NCBI GenBank assembly: GCA_965262725.1
Contig: OZ253555.1
Span: 2,816,001 to 2,880,000, forward strand
Reading direction: 5' to 3'
Length of the DNA stretch: 64,000 nt
Source: Dehalococcoidia bacterium
GTDB lineage: Bacteria; Chloroflexota; Dehalococcoidia; UBA2979
The translations under genes and the position numbers were made by a program. Positions 19,464 through 29,665 of the stretch are shown piece by piece. The notes beneath the pieces were generated by a model. That model did not search any database. It had not been told where the DNA came from and saw only the letters and a list, made by a program, of their open reading frames with translations. The number at the start of each line of letters is the position of its first letter. The first letter of the stretch is position 1.

Positions 19464-20561
19464 CTAGCGCGCCATGGGCATCAGCACCGTGTAGTCGAGA
19501 TCGAGCACGACCGCGGGGTGGTAGCGCTCGCGGCCGTTCTCGCCCCTCACGCGCAGCGTCACGTCCTCGGTTGCCGGATCGGCGTTCTTCGCCGCTACCA
19601 GGCGCAGCCTGAGCGCGGCGGCGTCCGGGCGCCCGAGGTCGATACGCTCGAGCACGTCTGTCCACGCGAAGATGGTGTCGCCCGCGAAGGTCGGGCTCGC
19701 GTGCGTGCCGCCGTTGAAGGCGAGCACGCGGACCGCGTTCTCCAGTCCATTGAACGAGAGCTCCCGCGCCACGGAGATGACGTGGCCGCCGTAGATCACG
19801 CGGCGCCCGAAACGGCTCCCCTTCAGGGCATGCGCGTTGAAATGCGCGCGGGCCGTATTCTGGTAGAGACGCGCGGCCATCTGGTGCTCCGCCTCCTCGA
19901 TCGCGACACCCTCCACGTGGTGAATGCGCTCGCCCGCCTCGTAGTCCTCCCACCACGCGCGGCCGCCGGTCACTGCGGGATCGAAGGCGGCGAGGTCGAG
20001 TTCGGGCGGGACCACCAGGTCGGTGCTCGTGACGACGTCCGGCGTCGCCGGCGCGTCGTCGATTCCGGTCACCTCATCCGGCTCGCGCTTCGCCATGAGC
20101 ACCCAGCGGAGGAAGGAGAGCACCTCCTCGCCCCGCTGATTGCGGCCCACCGTGTGCACCCAGACGGCGCCGGTGTCACCGGAGCGCGACTCCCGGCGGC
20201 CGAGCACCGTCGTGCGCGAGCTGAGCGTGTCGCCGGGGTAGACAGGGGGGCCGAAACGCACGTCCGCGTAGCCTAGGTTGGCGATGGCATTGAGCGAGAT
20301 ATCCGGAACGGTGTTGCCGAACACGATGTGGAAGACGAGGAGATCGTTGACAGTCTCCCGCCGGAAGCCGAGTGCGCGCGCGAACTCGGCGTCGCAGTGC
20401 AGGGGGTAGCGGCTGGCGGTGAGCGCGATGTAGAGCGACTGATCGCCCTCGGTGACCGTGCGCGGCACGGCATGCTCGACCTCAAGCCCGGTCACCAGGT
20501 CCTCGAAGTAGTTGCCCGTGGTCGCCTTGCCGACCGCGGTCGCCGCCTCCCCTTTCGCCAC
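19464..20561 (-). CDS. mch: mesaconyl-C1-CoA hydratase (beta-methylmalyl-CoA dehydratase), double MaoC fold
   Basis: GNYFED, PRTVTEGD, FHIVFGNTVPDISLNAIANLGYA, RLYQNTA, YGGHVIS, LSFNGLEN. Confidence 0.9.
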   Translation of the reverse strand: MAKGEAATAVGKATTGNYFEDLVTGLEVEHAVPRTVTEGDQSLYIALTASRYPLHCDAEFARALGFRRETVNDLLVFHIVFGNTVPDISLNAIANLGYADVRFGPPVYPGDTLSSRTTVLGRRESRSGDTGAVWVHTVGRNQRGEEVLSFLRWVLMAKREPDEVTGIDDAPATPDVVTSTDLVVPPELDLAAFDPAVTGGRAWWEDYEAGERIHHVEGVAIEEAEHQMAARLYQNTARAHFNAHALKGSRFGRRVIYGGHVISVARELSFNGLENAVRVLAFNGGTHASPTFAGDTIFAWTDVLERIDLGRPDAAALRLRLVAAKNADPATEDVTLRVRGENGRERYHPAVVLDLDYTVLMPMAR

Positions 20562-20582
20562 GCGCACCCCCCGCCCGCGCCC

Positions 20583-20638
20583 ATTGTAGGGCGAGGGGAT
20601 CGATACGCGCCCGGAGCGCCGGCGGGGGTCGATATACT
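20583..20638. promoter_or_regulatory. divergent -10 elements (TACAAT on - strand for mch; TATACT on + strand)
   Basis: Near-consensus hexamers at 20583-20588(-) and 20633-20638(+) in a GC-rich intergenic region. Confidence 0.5.
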
Positions 20639-20676
20639 GCGCTCGGACGGCAAACGACCGGGAAGGGAGAGGCGAC

Positions 20677-20904
20677 GTGGGGTCCAAGGAGCTAGCGGCG
20701 CTGCTCACCGTGCTTGAGCAGGAGCTCGCGCGCGGGCGCGAGGGGCACATCATCGGAACGTGGACGATCCGGTACGAGAAGGAGCGCAGCGCGTTCTCCT
20801 TCGACAAGTGCGAGAACGACGGCTACTGCGAGGAGCGGCCCGCCGTGCTCGCGCTCGACGGCTCCGTGCTCGACCCGGGCGGCCCGATCGTGATCGGGGG
20901 TTGA
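20677..20904 (+). CDS. small hypothetical protein (75 aa)
   Basis: GGAGAGG RBS, typical codon usage, 4 nt before the VOC gene. Confidence 0.75.
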   Translation: MGSKELAALLTVLEQELARGREGHIIGTWTIRYEKERSAFSFDKCENDGYCEERPAVLALDGSVLDPGGPIVIGG

Positions 20905-20908
20905 GGCC

Positions 20909-21784
20909 ATGACGGACACGACGTCGGTGGCCGACCTCTCACACTGCGCGGTCGCCGTGCGCGACCTCGACGAGGCAGTCACCACCTACGAGCGGCTCTT
21001 CGGGCTTCAGGTCGGTGAGCGAGGCGCGAACCCGTGGGGGCACTTCCGCTGGGCGCAGATGGGCTGGGCCGGCGAGCAGGCGATCCAGTTGATCCAGCCG
21101 GAGAGCGACGACACCCACGTGACGCGCGTGATGCGTGCACGTGCCACGGAGAAGAACCCGCACGGTGAGGGCTACTACATCTCCGTCTGGACCACACCGG
21201 ATCCTGCCGCCCTCGCCGCGCGCATCGAGTCGAGCGGCGGGCGCGTGATCGACCGCGGCGACGGATCCGGCGTCCACTGGGTGCACCCCTCGGCGGCGCA
21301 CGGCGCCTTCCTCGAGATCGTTCCTCAGAAGGCGCCCACGCCGGAGGGGACCCCGCTTCGGATCTCGCACCTCGGGGTCGCGGTCGCCGACCTCGACGAG
21401 GCCGAGGAGACCTTCCGAGAGCGCTTCGGCTGGGTCCGCCCGGACGAGCGATGGGTGCTCGAGTCGGGCGACTTCGAGGCCGCCTCGATCTTCGCCGGCG
21501 ACGCGCAGGCGATGACACTGATCCAGCCGCGCACCCCGGAGAGCCCGATAGCCGTCGAGATGCGCAGGCGCGCCGACGAGAAGAACCCGCGCGGCGAGGG
21601 GCCGCACATCTCGGTCTGGACGTCGCCCGACACGGCCGCCGTCGCCGAGCGCATCGAGGCGGGCGGCGGCCGTGTGATCCGGACGTCGGGCTGGCCCGGC
21701 GCCGGCAGCATGCTGATCCCCCCGTCGGTGACGCACGGAATGCTCATGGAGGTGACGCCCCAGCGCGCCGAGCCAGCGCACTAG
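20909..21784 (+). CDS. tandem VOC/glyoxalase protein (methylmalonyl-CoA epimerase-like fold)
   Basis: Two HxxVAVxDLDEA...NPxGEG...HG.(F/L).E repeats. Confidence 0.85.
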   Translation: MTDTTSVADLSHCAVAVRDLDEAVTTYERLFGLQVGERGANPWGHFRWAQMGWAGEQAIQLIQPESDDTHVTRVMRARATEKNPHGEGYYISVWTTPDPAALAARIESSGGRVIDRGDGSGVHWVHPSAAHGAFLEIVPQKAPTPEGTPLRISHLGVAVADLDEAEETFRERFGWVRPDERWVLESGDFEAASIFAGDAQAMTLIQPRTPESPIAVEMRRRADEKNPRGEGPHISVWTSPDTAAVAERIEAGGGRVIRTSGWPGAGSMLIPPSVTHGMLMEVTPQRAEPAH

Positions 21785-21917
21785 CGAGGAGGTCGCGCGT
21801 CGGGCGGCACCGGCGAAGGGAGCGGCGATGAACTGAGCACGGTGAGGTTTGCACCACTCGACGGGGAGCCCGGGCGGAGCGCCCGTGGTTCGAAGAAGTC
21901 ATGGAGGTTCACCAGGC

Positions 21918-22331
21918 ATGGAGACGTTCAAGCGCCCGATCGGCCTGTATCTCATCGCAGTCGCGGTCGCCGTCGCCGTCCATTTCGTTCTCGACCCCGT
22001 GATCTACGACTGGGCGGACGGCGAGACGCCGCCTGTCTGGCTCGTCCTCGACGCCCTGATGGTGGTCGGTCTTGTCCTCGCCATCATCCTGTCCTGCCAG
22101 GCGAAGCGCGCCGCGGACGCGATGGACACCGTCGACGTGCGCCAGTACGTGCGCGCCAACGTGACCTTCTACGTCGCGGCCGGCCTGCTCCTGCTCACGC
22201 TCTGGAACATCGTGCAGATCGACTGGTCGGCGGGGGACCAGCAACCCGACGGCCAGGTGTGGGTGCTGATCGACACGGTCCTGCCGCTGCTCTTCTTCTC
22301 GCTCGGTCGGCGGCTTGTTCGGGAGGGCTGA
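21918..22331 (+). CDS. hypothetical 4-TM membrane protein
   Basis: GGAGG RBS; four hydrophobic segments. Confidence 0.75.
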   Translation: METFKRPIGLYLIAVAVAVAVHFVLDPVIYDWADGETPPVWLVLDALMVVGLVLAIILSCQAKRAADAMDTVDVRQYVRANVTFYVAAGLLLLTLWNIVQIDWSAGDQQPDGQVWVLIDTVLPLLFFSLGRRLVREG

Positions 22332-22467
22332 CCGCCCCGTCTTCCGCCCGTAAGCGCTCATGGCGAGAGCGCGGGCGCCCGGCGGCCGGCCTTCGTTGGG
22401 GAGGCGCTGCCGGGCGCTCGTGCGGCAGGGTCGCCCGCTCCCGAAGCACGTGAGCGGAGGCCGCGTC

Positions 22468-23745
22468 CTAGAACTCGCGGCGGCGGAGTTGACCCGCCGG
22501 GCGGCGGTAGTAGGCGATCAGATCCGTGGGCGGACGCGCCGCGAGGACGAGCGGGACGCCGACGGCGACGACCGCCGCCGAGATCAGCCAGCCCGGCGTG
22601 TAACCGCCCCCCGAGTCGACGATCAACCCCACCGTGAGGGGCCCCCCGAACGACCCGATCGTGACCCACAGTCGGGAGAGACCGGCGATCGTGCCGAAGC
22701 TCGTCGTCCCGAAGTAGTCGGCGAGCAGAGCCGGACGGAGTGGGGCCGTCCCGCCGAAGCCCGGCGCCACGATCAGCATCACGAGGTAGCTCTGCTTGAG
22801 GGTGTGCACAAGCGGCATTAGCGCGATCCCCACCGCCATCAGGGCAATCGCACCGGCGAGTATCACGCGCTTATCGTAGCGATCGGCGAGCCAGCCGCCG
22901 GAGAGACGCCCCACGACCGAGGCGAGCGCGAAGGCGAGCACCGTGCTCCCCGCCTCCGCCTTGGAGACGCCCAGCGACTCCATGAACGGCACCTGGTGCA
23001 CGATCAGGGCGGTCCAGCCGAAGCCGTTGGCAATGAGGCCGAGCGCGAGCAGCAAGAAGGCGCGCGTCCGGATCGCGCGGCGCGCGGGGATGCCCCAGGC
23101 ATCGCCCCGGGCGCCGCCGTCGTCCGCAGCGGCCGGGAGACCATCCATCGGCTGCGGATGCCCCCGGGGCCGGCGGCGCACGTTGACCCCGGCGAGCGAA
23201 CCGGCGAGCAGCACGACGACCGCGAGCACGCGGAGGGCGATGCGCCATCCGAGCTCGTCGACGAGCAGCGCCACCGGCACCGTCATCACACCCGCCGCGG
23301 CGCCCCCCAGCGAGAGCATCGCCAGCGCGCGGCCGCGGCGCGCCTCGAACCAACTCGCCGCGGCCACCGTGCCGACCGGCCCCGAGGCGGAACTGATCCC
23401 GAGCGCGATCAGCACCATCGCCAGGTAGAACTGCCAGATGCTCTCCATGTAGGAGGTCAGCAGGACCCCCAAACAGACCAGTGCCAGCCCGCCGATCAAC
23501 ACCCTCTGCGGACCAAGTCGGTCGATGGCGACGCCGATCACGGGCGCGGCGATGCCGCCCGCCTCCGAGCGCACCGAGAAGGCGAGGCTCGTCGCCGCCA
23601 CGCTCCAGCCGAACTCGTCGATGATCGGGTTGAAGATTGTGCCGAAGCCGTAGAAGAAGGCGCCCCCGATGAAGGTGGTGATCGCAGCCGCCGAGAAGAC
23701 GACCAGCCAGCCTTCGTAGACGTTCGGGAAGAGGCGCCTGAGCAC
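22468..23745 (-). CDS. MFS transporter (OFA/MCT-like)
   Basis: YEGWLVV, GVAIDRLGPQ, WFEARRGRA, GWLADRYDK. Confidence 0.92.
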   Translation of the reverse strand: MLRRLFPNVYEGWLVVFSAAAITTFIGGAFFYGFGTIFNPIIDEFGWSVAATSLAFSVRSEAGGIAAPVIGVAIDRLGPQRVLIGGLALVCLGVLLTSYMESIWQFYLAMVLIALGISSASGPVGTVAAASWFEARRGRALAMLSLGGAAAGVMTVPVALLVDELGWRIALRVLAVVVLLAGSLAGVNVRRRPRGHPQPMDGLPAAADDGGARGDAWGIPARRAIRTRAFLLLALGLIANGFGWTALIVHQVPFMESLGVSKAEAGSTVLAFALASVVGRLSGGWLADRYDKRVILAGAIALMAVGIALMPLVHTLKQSYLVMLIVAPGFGGTAPLRPALLADYFGTTSFGTIAGLSRLWVTIGSFGGPLTVGLIVDSGGGYTPGWLISAAVVAVGVPLVLAARPPTDLIAYYRRPAGQLRRREF

Positions 23746-23937
23746 CGGCCCGCCCCTCGCCCCTGCGCGCCGCCCGCGCGACGGGCGTCGGGCCGGCCTC
23801 ACGCTCCGATGACGCTCTCCCTCGCGTCCGCCATCATACAGAGGCTCGCGCCGGCGGCGGCCTTGCGGCGACGCCCGGCCTCGTGCACGGTGCGCGGGCG
23901 CCGGGGCCGCCCTGCGAGGTGTGGCGAGGAGCGTGCC

Positions 23938-24735
23938 GTGGACTATTCGGGATTTCGCGACATCGTCGTCACGGTCGAGGATCGCGTCGCCACCTTCCGC
24001 ATCGACCGGCCAGAGACCCTGAACTCGTTCGGGCCAGACAGCTGGAACGAGTTGCTGACCCTCGCGCGCATGCTCAACGAGGATGACCAGGTGCGCGCCG
24101 TGGTCTGCGCCCCCGAGGGACGGGGCTTCAGCTCCGGCGCCTACGTTGGCGAGCGGGGCACACCCGACCCCTCAACCGCGCCGCGCTTCGCCGACCGCAC
24201 GCATCGCATGGGAAACGCAGCCATCGGCCTCGCGATGCCCTCCATCGACAAGCCGACCATCGCGGTGATCGACGGCGTCGCCGCCGGGGCGGGGATGGCC
24301 TTCGCCTGCTCCTTCGACATCCGGATCCTCGGACCGGGCGCACGCTTCACGACGGTCTTCGTGCGCCGGGCGCTGGGTCCAGATTGCGGCCTTACCTGGT
24401 TCCTGCCGCGCTTGGTGGGACCGGGGCTCGCGGCGGAGTTGCTCTTCTCGGGCCGCGAGGTGGGGGCGGAAGAGGCAGCTCGGATCGGGCTGGGCAACCG
24501 CCTCGTCGACGACCCGCGCGGCGAGGCGCAGGCGCTCGCTCGCGAGCTCGCCCAGGCGCCCCCGCTCTCGATCCTGTGGTCGAAGCGCGAGCTGCAGGAG
24601 AGCGACCGCCACACCCTCAGCGAGCAGATCGAGTTCGAGTGGGTGGCCGCCCGGCACTTCCGGGGCAGCCGTGACGTCGAGGAGGGGATGCGGGCGTTCC
24701 GCGAGAAGCGCGAGCCCCGCTTCACGGGGGAGTAG
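23938..24735 (+). CDS. enoyl-CoA hydratase/isomerase (PaaG-like)
   Basis: DRPETLNS, FSSGA, DKPTIAVIDGVAAGAG, GPDCG, EGMRAFREKR. Confidence 0.9.
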   Translation: MDYSGFRDIVVTVEDRVATFRIDRPETLNSFGPDSWNELLTLARMLNEDDQVRAVVCAPEGRGFSSGAYVGERGTPDPSTAPRFADRTHRMGNAAIGLAMPSIDKPTIAVIDGVAAGAGMAFACSFDIRILGPGARFTTVFVRRALGPDCGLTWFLPRLVGPGLAAELLFSGREVGAEEAARIGLGNRLVDDPRGEAQALARELAQAPPLSILWSKRELQESDRHTLSEQIEFEWVAARHFRGSRDVEEGMRAFREKREPRFTGE

Positions 24736-24766
24736 CGGCCCACATGGCGGCGACGCCGCCGCGCGC

Positions 24767-25765
24767 CTATTCCCCTGCGGCCGTTCCCACGACGGGCAGC
24801 ACGTCCTCGATCAGCGACTCGAGCGTTCGGTCGGCGAACCCGGGCTCGATGCCGCCGAAGTCGACCCAGGCGATGGCCGTACCGAGGCCGAGCTCCTCGA
24901 CCTCGAGCAATCGCTCGGCGACCGTCCGCGCAGAGCCGTAGACGCAGGCCCGCTCGAGGAAGTCGTCGAGCTCGTGCGGCTCGTTCACTTCGTGGGCGCG
25001 GGCGATGTAGCCGGCCATCGCCTCGCGCGCGATGGCGTACGCCTCCTGATCGCTCGGGGCGATGACGACGTGACGCAGCGCCGCCGAGTGCGCAAGCAAC
25101 GACTCGCTCTCGGCCTCGCTCGCCCCCGCGGCCGAGAGCGTGCGCCGGTAGATCTCGACGGTCGGAGCCAGACGCGCCCGCGGGAAGCGGCCGAGCAGCA
25201 TCGGCATCCGGGCGTGCGCCGCCGCGATCGAGGAGTCGTCGTGCACGATCGCGCGCAAGAGCGGCGGGTGCGGGAGCTGCTGGGGCCTGAGCCGCCCGCC
25301 GGGGAAGCGCACCGGGAAGTGCGGACCCCGGTGCTCGAAGGCCTCCCCGCTCCAGATGCGCGGGAGCAGCGCCAGAGCCTCGTCGAAGAGTTCGTGCGGA
25401 TCCTCGAAGGCCAAACCGAGGGCACGCGCCTCCACTCCCGCCCGCCCGCTCCCGACGCCGACCAGCAGCCGGCCCCCTGAGAGCACGTCGAGCACGGCGA
25501 GTTCCTCGGCGAGCTGGAAGGGGTTGTGCAGGGCCAGGATCAACGCCGCGAAGCCGATACGGATGCGCGACGTCCGCGCCGCGACCGCCCCCGCGAGCAC
25601 CACCGGGTTGCCGATCGTCCCGTAGGAGGTGAAGTGACGTTCGGCGAGCCATACCGACTCGAATCCGCCAGCCTCCGCACGCTCGGCGTGCCGGAGGAAG
25701 CGCCTCAGCGCCGCAGCTTCATCACCCGGCCGTGACTGGATCGTGCTGAAGAGCCCGAGCCGCAT
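24767..25765 (-). CDS. LLM class flavin-dependent oxidoreductase
   Basis: GFESVWLAERHF, RTSRIRIG, LAEELAVLDVLSGGR. Confidence 0.92.
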   Translation of the reverse strand: MRLGLFSTIQSRPGDEAAALRRFLRHAERAEAGGFESVWLAERHFTSYGTIGNPVVLAGAVAARTSRIRIGFAALILALHNPFQLAEELAVLDVLSGGRLLVGVGSGRAGVEARALGLAFEDPHELFDEALALLPRIWSGEAFEHRGPHFPVRFPGGRLRPQQLPHPPLLRAIVHDDSSIAAAHARMPMLLGRFPRARLAPTVEIYRRTLSAAGASEAESESLLAHSAALRHVVIAPSDQEAYAIAREAMAGYIARAHEVNEPHELDDFLERACVYGSARTVAERLLEVEELGLGTAIAWVDFGGIEPGFADRTLESLIEDVLPVVGTAAGE

Positions 25766-25922
25766 GTGCCCCCGAGACCGGACCCCGCTCGGATGCGACC
25801 TCCGACGGTGACCGCTCCGCCTCGGTCTCCGCAGGGTCGCGCGGCACGAGTCTAGCGGGGCCGCGGGCGTCGCGACAGGACCGCGCGCGCTACCCTGCCG
25901 GGGAAGCGGGGGAGCGTCGCCT

Positions 25923-26762
25923 GTGGAGAACGGAGTCCGGCGCGGCTTCGTCGCCACGTCGCTGGGGCAGCTGCACTACCGCACGGCCGGAGCGGGGCCG
26001 CCGCTCGTGCTTCTTCACAACACGTGGCTCTCCTCGCGCATGTTCGGCGCCGCCCTCCCTGGACTCGCGAGGGAGTTCGAGGTCTTCGCCATCGACACCC
26101 TAGGACAGGGGCAGTCGGATCCCGCGCCCGCGGGCGCGATGGAGATCGCCACCTACGCCGCCGCGCTCCGCGAGGCGATCGTGGAGCTCGCCCTGACGCG
26201 CCCCGCGATCGCCGGACAGGCGACCGGGGCCGCGATCGCCGCCGAGGCCGCGGCCCAGGATCCCGACGGCGTCCGGCGCCTCGTGCTCACCGGGCTGCCG
26301 TTGTGGCGCAACCCGGCCACGCGCCTCGCGCAGCTCGATGTCGAGACCTTCGCCGACTGGGAGCCCGGCTCCGACGGCGAGGGGTTGAGGCGCGCCTGGC
26401 AGCAGCACGGTCGCGAGGCGCTCTCCGGCTACGACGGCGCCACCGATGTGCTCGTCGACTACCTGAGGCCCGGTCCGCGCACCAGCCTCGCGCTCCGGGC
26501 GCTCTTCCGCTGGGATCCGCGGGAGCGGCTGCCGCTCGTCACGTCGCCGACTCTGGTTCTCTCCCACGCCGGCAACATCTTCTCCCGCAACGCGCCGCTC
26601 GTCGCCGAGCTCCTCCCGCGGTGCGAGCTTCGCATCGTCACCGAAACGGTCCCCCACCCGCACCAGGCGATCTTCGCCGAGGAGATCGCCGCCTTCTGCC
26701 GTCGGACGACGGATAGGGACGACGGCCAGCCGTCTCCACCGCCCCCGCCTGGCGTACCCTGA
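25923..26762 (+). CDS. alpha/beta-hydrolase-fold protein, atypical elbow GQATG
   Basis: GPPLVLLH, IDTLGQGQSD, RRLVLTG, PTLV. Confidence 0.85.
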   Translation: MENGVRRGFVATSLGQLHYRTAGAGPPLVLLHNTWLSSRMFGAALPGLAREFEVFAIDTLGQGQSDPAPAGAMEIATYAAALREAIVELALTRPAIAGQATGAAIAAEAAAQDPDGVRRLVLTGLPLWRNPATRLAQLDVETFADWEPGSDGEGLRRAWQQHGREALSGYDGATDVLVDYLRPGPRTSLALRALFRWDPRERLPLVTSPTLVLSHAGNIFSRNAPLVAELLPRCELRIVTETVPHPHQAIFAEEIAAFCRRTTDRDDGQPSPPPPPGVP

Positions 26763-26799
26763 GGCCAGGCCTCCGACAGGGCTGCGGGGAACGCGAGGC

Positions 26800-27636
26800 G
26801 TGGACGTGAACGCGACAGGCCATGTGCAACGGGGCTTCGTGCACGGACCGCACGGCAACATCGAGTACATGGAGGGCGGCTCCGGACCGGCCCTGATCCT
26901 CCTCCATTCGGCGCCGAGTTCCTGCGCGCTCTTTGAGGAGGCGATCCCGCTCCTCGCCAACGACCTCCGCGCGATCGCCATGTCGCAACCGGGCTTCGGC
27001 GAGTCCGATGCGCCGCCCGCCGCGTACACGACCGTGAACGACTACGCGCGGGCCGTGATCTACCTCCTCGACGGACTGGGCATTGAGCGCGCGGCCGTGC
27101 TCGGTGCGCACACCAGCGCCCTGACCGCCCTCGAGGTGGCGGCGGCCTGGCCCGACCGCGTCGAGCGCCTCGTGATCGAGGAGTGCTTCAACTGGAGCCG
27201 GCCCGGCAGGCTCGAGGCGCTCGAGCGCCGTCACGGCTTCACCGAGCAGGCCGATGGGAGGCATCTGCTCGCGATGTGGGAGCGAGCCCACGAGCGCACG
27301 CTCCGCAACACGAGCGATCCCTCCGAGGTCGCGCGGTTGACGCGGCGAGGCTTCCTCGACACAGTGCGCGCCGAGCGGCCGGGACCGGACGGGATCAGTG
27401 GGCAAGACGCGTCCACCCGGGCGCTCGCGAGCTACCCGCTCTGGGAGCGTGCCCCGCTGGTGGAGGCGCCGACCCTGGTTGTGCACGGCGCGTCGAGCGA
27501 ACTCGGCCGCGCGCACGAGCGGCTGCTCGCCGCGATTCCCGGTGCACGCGGCATCCGGCCGCCGACCGCGCACCAGTTCACCTGGCGGGTGGCGCCAGAG
27601 CTGTGGGCCGCAGAGCTGCGAGCCTTCCTGACCTAG
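26800..27636 (+). CDS. alpha/beta-hydrolase-fold protein, atypical elbow GAHTS
   Basis: LILLH, PGFGESD, WPDRVERLV, APTLVVHG. Confidence 0.87.
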   Translation: MDVNATGHVQRGFVHGPHGNIEYMEGGSGPALILLHSAPSSCALFEEAIPLLANDLRAIAMSQPGFGESDAPPAAYTTVNDYARAVIYLLDGLGIERAAVLGAHTSALTALEVAAAWPDRVERLVIEECFNWSRPGRLEALERRHGFTEQADGRHLLAMWERAHERTLRNTSDPSEVARLTRRGFLDTVRAERPGPDGISGQDASTRALASYPLWERAPLVEAPTLVVHGASSELGRAHERLLAAIPGARGIRPPTAHQFTWRVAPELWAAELRAFLT

Positions 27637-27744
27637 CGACCCCTCAGCGATGCAGCCCTCCCTGGCCGGTACCGGCTCGCTGCCAGCGTGCGCGCCGGCG
27701 ACCATCGCCTTCGACCACGCCGGTCGACGGGGCGGCGTGCGACG

Positions 27745-29523
27745 TCAGGGCGACCAGACGAGCACGATCAGCGGCACGGCGACGACCGTGATCACGGCCT
27801 CGAGCGGCAGTCCGAGGCGCCAGTAGTCACCGAAGCGGTAGCCCCCCGGGCCCATCACCAGCAGGTTCGACTGGTGACCGATCGGCGTCAGGAACGCAGC
27901 CGAGGCGCCGACCGCAACGGCCATGAGGAAGGGGTCGGGCGAAGCCGAGAGTCGGCTGGCAACGCCGAGGGCGATCGGCGCCATCAGCACGGCGGCGGCC
28001 GTGTTGTTGACGATGTCCGAGAGGAACATCGCGATCACCAGCACTGCCGCCACGCTCATCCAGACCGGAAGGTCGCCGCTGACCGCGACGAGTGCTGCGG
28101 CCGCCCGGGCCGCGACGCCCGTGTCCTCGAGTGCCCCGCCCACGGGGATCATCGCTCCGAGGAGGACGATCACCCTCCAGTCGATCGACTCGTACACCTC
28201 CTTCGGGGAGAGGAGCCCGACGAGCCCCATCACCGCAGCGGCGCCGGCGATCGCAACCTGGATCGGCAGCAGCCGGAGCGCGGCCGCCATCAGCAGCGCA
28301 CCGCCGAAGATCGAAGCCGCCAGCAGCGCGCGCCGCTCCTGTCGGCCGACGCTCAGACCGCGCTCCGCGAGCGGCAGGCAGCTCAGCGCCTCGAGTGCGG
28401 CCGGGAGCTCCCGGCGATTCGACTGGAGGAGCAGTACGTCCCCGGCCTCGAGCAGCGTCTCCCGGAGTCGGGAACGGGACTGCCGGCCGCGGCGCGAGAT
28501 CGCCAGCAGGTTGACGTGGTGGCGCCGCCTCAGGTCGGCGTCCACCACCGTCCGGGCTCGCAGCGGTGAGTCGGGCATCACGACCGCCTCGGCGACGACG
28601 ACATCGCCGCCACCGAGCTCCGCCACTGCGTTCTCGCGCGAGCTGGTCTCCTCCAGGCCGGCGTCGGTGACGAGCGCATCCAGCGCGTCGCCGCTCCCTT
28701 CGACGACGAGCACGTCGCCAGCGCGCAGCATTTCGAAGCTCGAGGGAAGCGCGATCCGGCGATCACCACGCACGATCGCGGCCACGAGGAATTCCGCATC
28801 GTAGGCGGCGCCGAGCTCGGCGATGCTCCGTCCGTCCGTTCGGGACCCCTCAGGGATCCGGACTTCGAAGAGATAGTCGCTGATCTCGAAGAGGCTTCCG
28901 CTCACCGCCGCCTCGCGCTGCGGAATCAACCGCCACCCGACGAGCGAGATGAACGCGAGCCCCGCGAGCGCGACTCCGACGCCGACCGGTGCGAAGTCGA
29001 ACATCGCGAAGGCCTCGCCCGAGACGTCCGAGCGGAAGGTCGCGATGACGATGTTGGGAGGTGTCCCCACAAGCGTGACGAGTCCCCCGAGAAGGGAGCC
29101 GAACGCCAGCGGCATGAGCACGGCCGACGGGCTGTTTCCGGCATGTCTGGAGATCCGGATCGCGGTCGGCATCAGGACGGCCAGCGCCCCGACGTTGTTG
29201 ATGAATGCCGAGAGCACGGCGGCCAACCCGGAGGTCGCGGCGATCTGGCGAGTGGGCGAGCTGCCCGCGCTCGTGAGCCAGCGGGCCAGGACGTCGACCG
29301 CTCCCGAGTTCTGCAGGCCCCGACTCACGACCAGGACGCCGGCGACGGTGACGACGGCGGGATGGCCGAAGCCAGCGAACGCCGCCTCGCCGGGGATGAT
29401 GTCGAACAGCACGAGCGTCAACAGCGCGAGCAGCGCCACCGCATCGTATCGCCAGCGCCCCCACACGAAGAGGACGAAGGTGAGGACGAGCACGAAGATA
29501 ACGAGCAGCTGGTCGGCTTCCAC
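27745..29523 (-). CDS. SLC13/DASS permease with TrkA-C domains
   Basis: SAFINNVG, TLVGTPPN, NNTAAA, FLTPIGHQSN, YRFGDYWRLG. Confidence 0.92.
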   Translation of the reverse strand: MEADQLLVIFVLVLTFVLFVWGRWRYDAVALLALLTLVLFDIIPGEAAFAGFGHPAVVTVAGVLVVSRGLQNSGAVDVLARWLTSAGSSPTRQIAATSGLAAVLSAFINNVGALAVLMPTAIRISRHAGNSPSAVLMPLAFGSLLGGLVTLVGTPPNIVIATFRSDVSGEAFAMFDFAPVGVGVALAGLAFISLVGWRLIPQREAAVSGSLFEISDYLFEVRIPEGSRTDGRSIAELGAAYDAEFLVAAIVRGDRRIALPSSFEMLRAGDVLVVEGSGDALDALVTDAGLEETSSRENAVAELGGGDVVVAEAVVMPDSPLRARTVVDADLRRRHHVNLLAISRRGRQSRSRLRETLLEAGDVLLLQSNRRELPAALEALSCLPLAERGLSVGRQERRALLAASIFGGALLMAAALRLLPIQVAIAGAAAVMGLVGLLSPKEVYESIDWRVIVLLGAMIPVGGALEDTGVAARAAAALVAVSGDLPVWMSVAAVLVIAMFLSDIVNNTAAAVLMAPIALGVASRLSASPDPFLMAVAVGASAAFLTPIGHQSNLLVMGPGGYRFGDYWRLGLPLEAVITVVAVPLIVLVWSP

Positions 29524-29665
29524 GACGCACCTAGCGTAGACGACGAATCGACGCCCGTCGCAGCCGGGTTGGGGTGTGCCACAGCCTTGGCCGAGTAGAG
29601 TGGATGGTGGACCACCGGCAAGCCGCGCTCTTCGCGGAGCGGCGCGCCTCGGCATGAGGTACGGC

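Noticed and set aside
12751-20561. Autotrophic 3-hydroxypropionate bicycle
   Set aside because: mcr, pcs, mct and meh are not in the window, and an Mcd-like gene points to ethylmalonyl-CoA/C5 metabolism
21860-21900. GGTTCGAA suggesting a tRNA T-loop
   Set aside because: No cloverleaf, T-stem or acceptor stem/CCA around it
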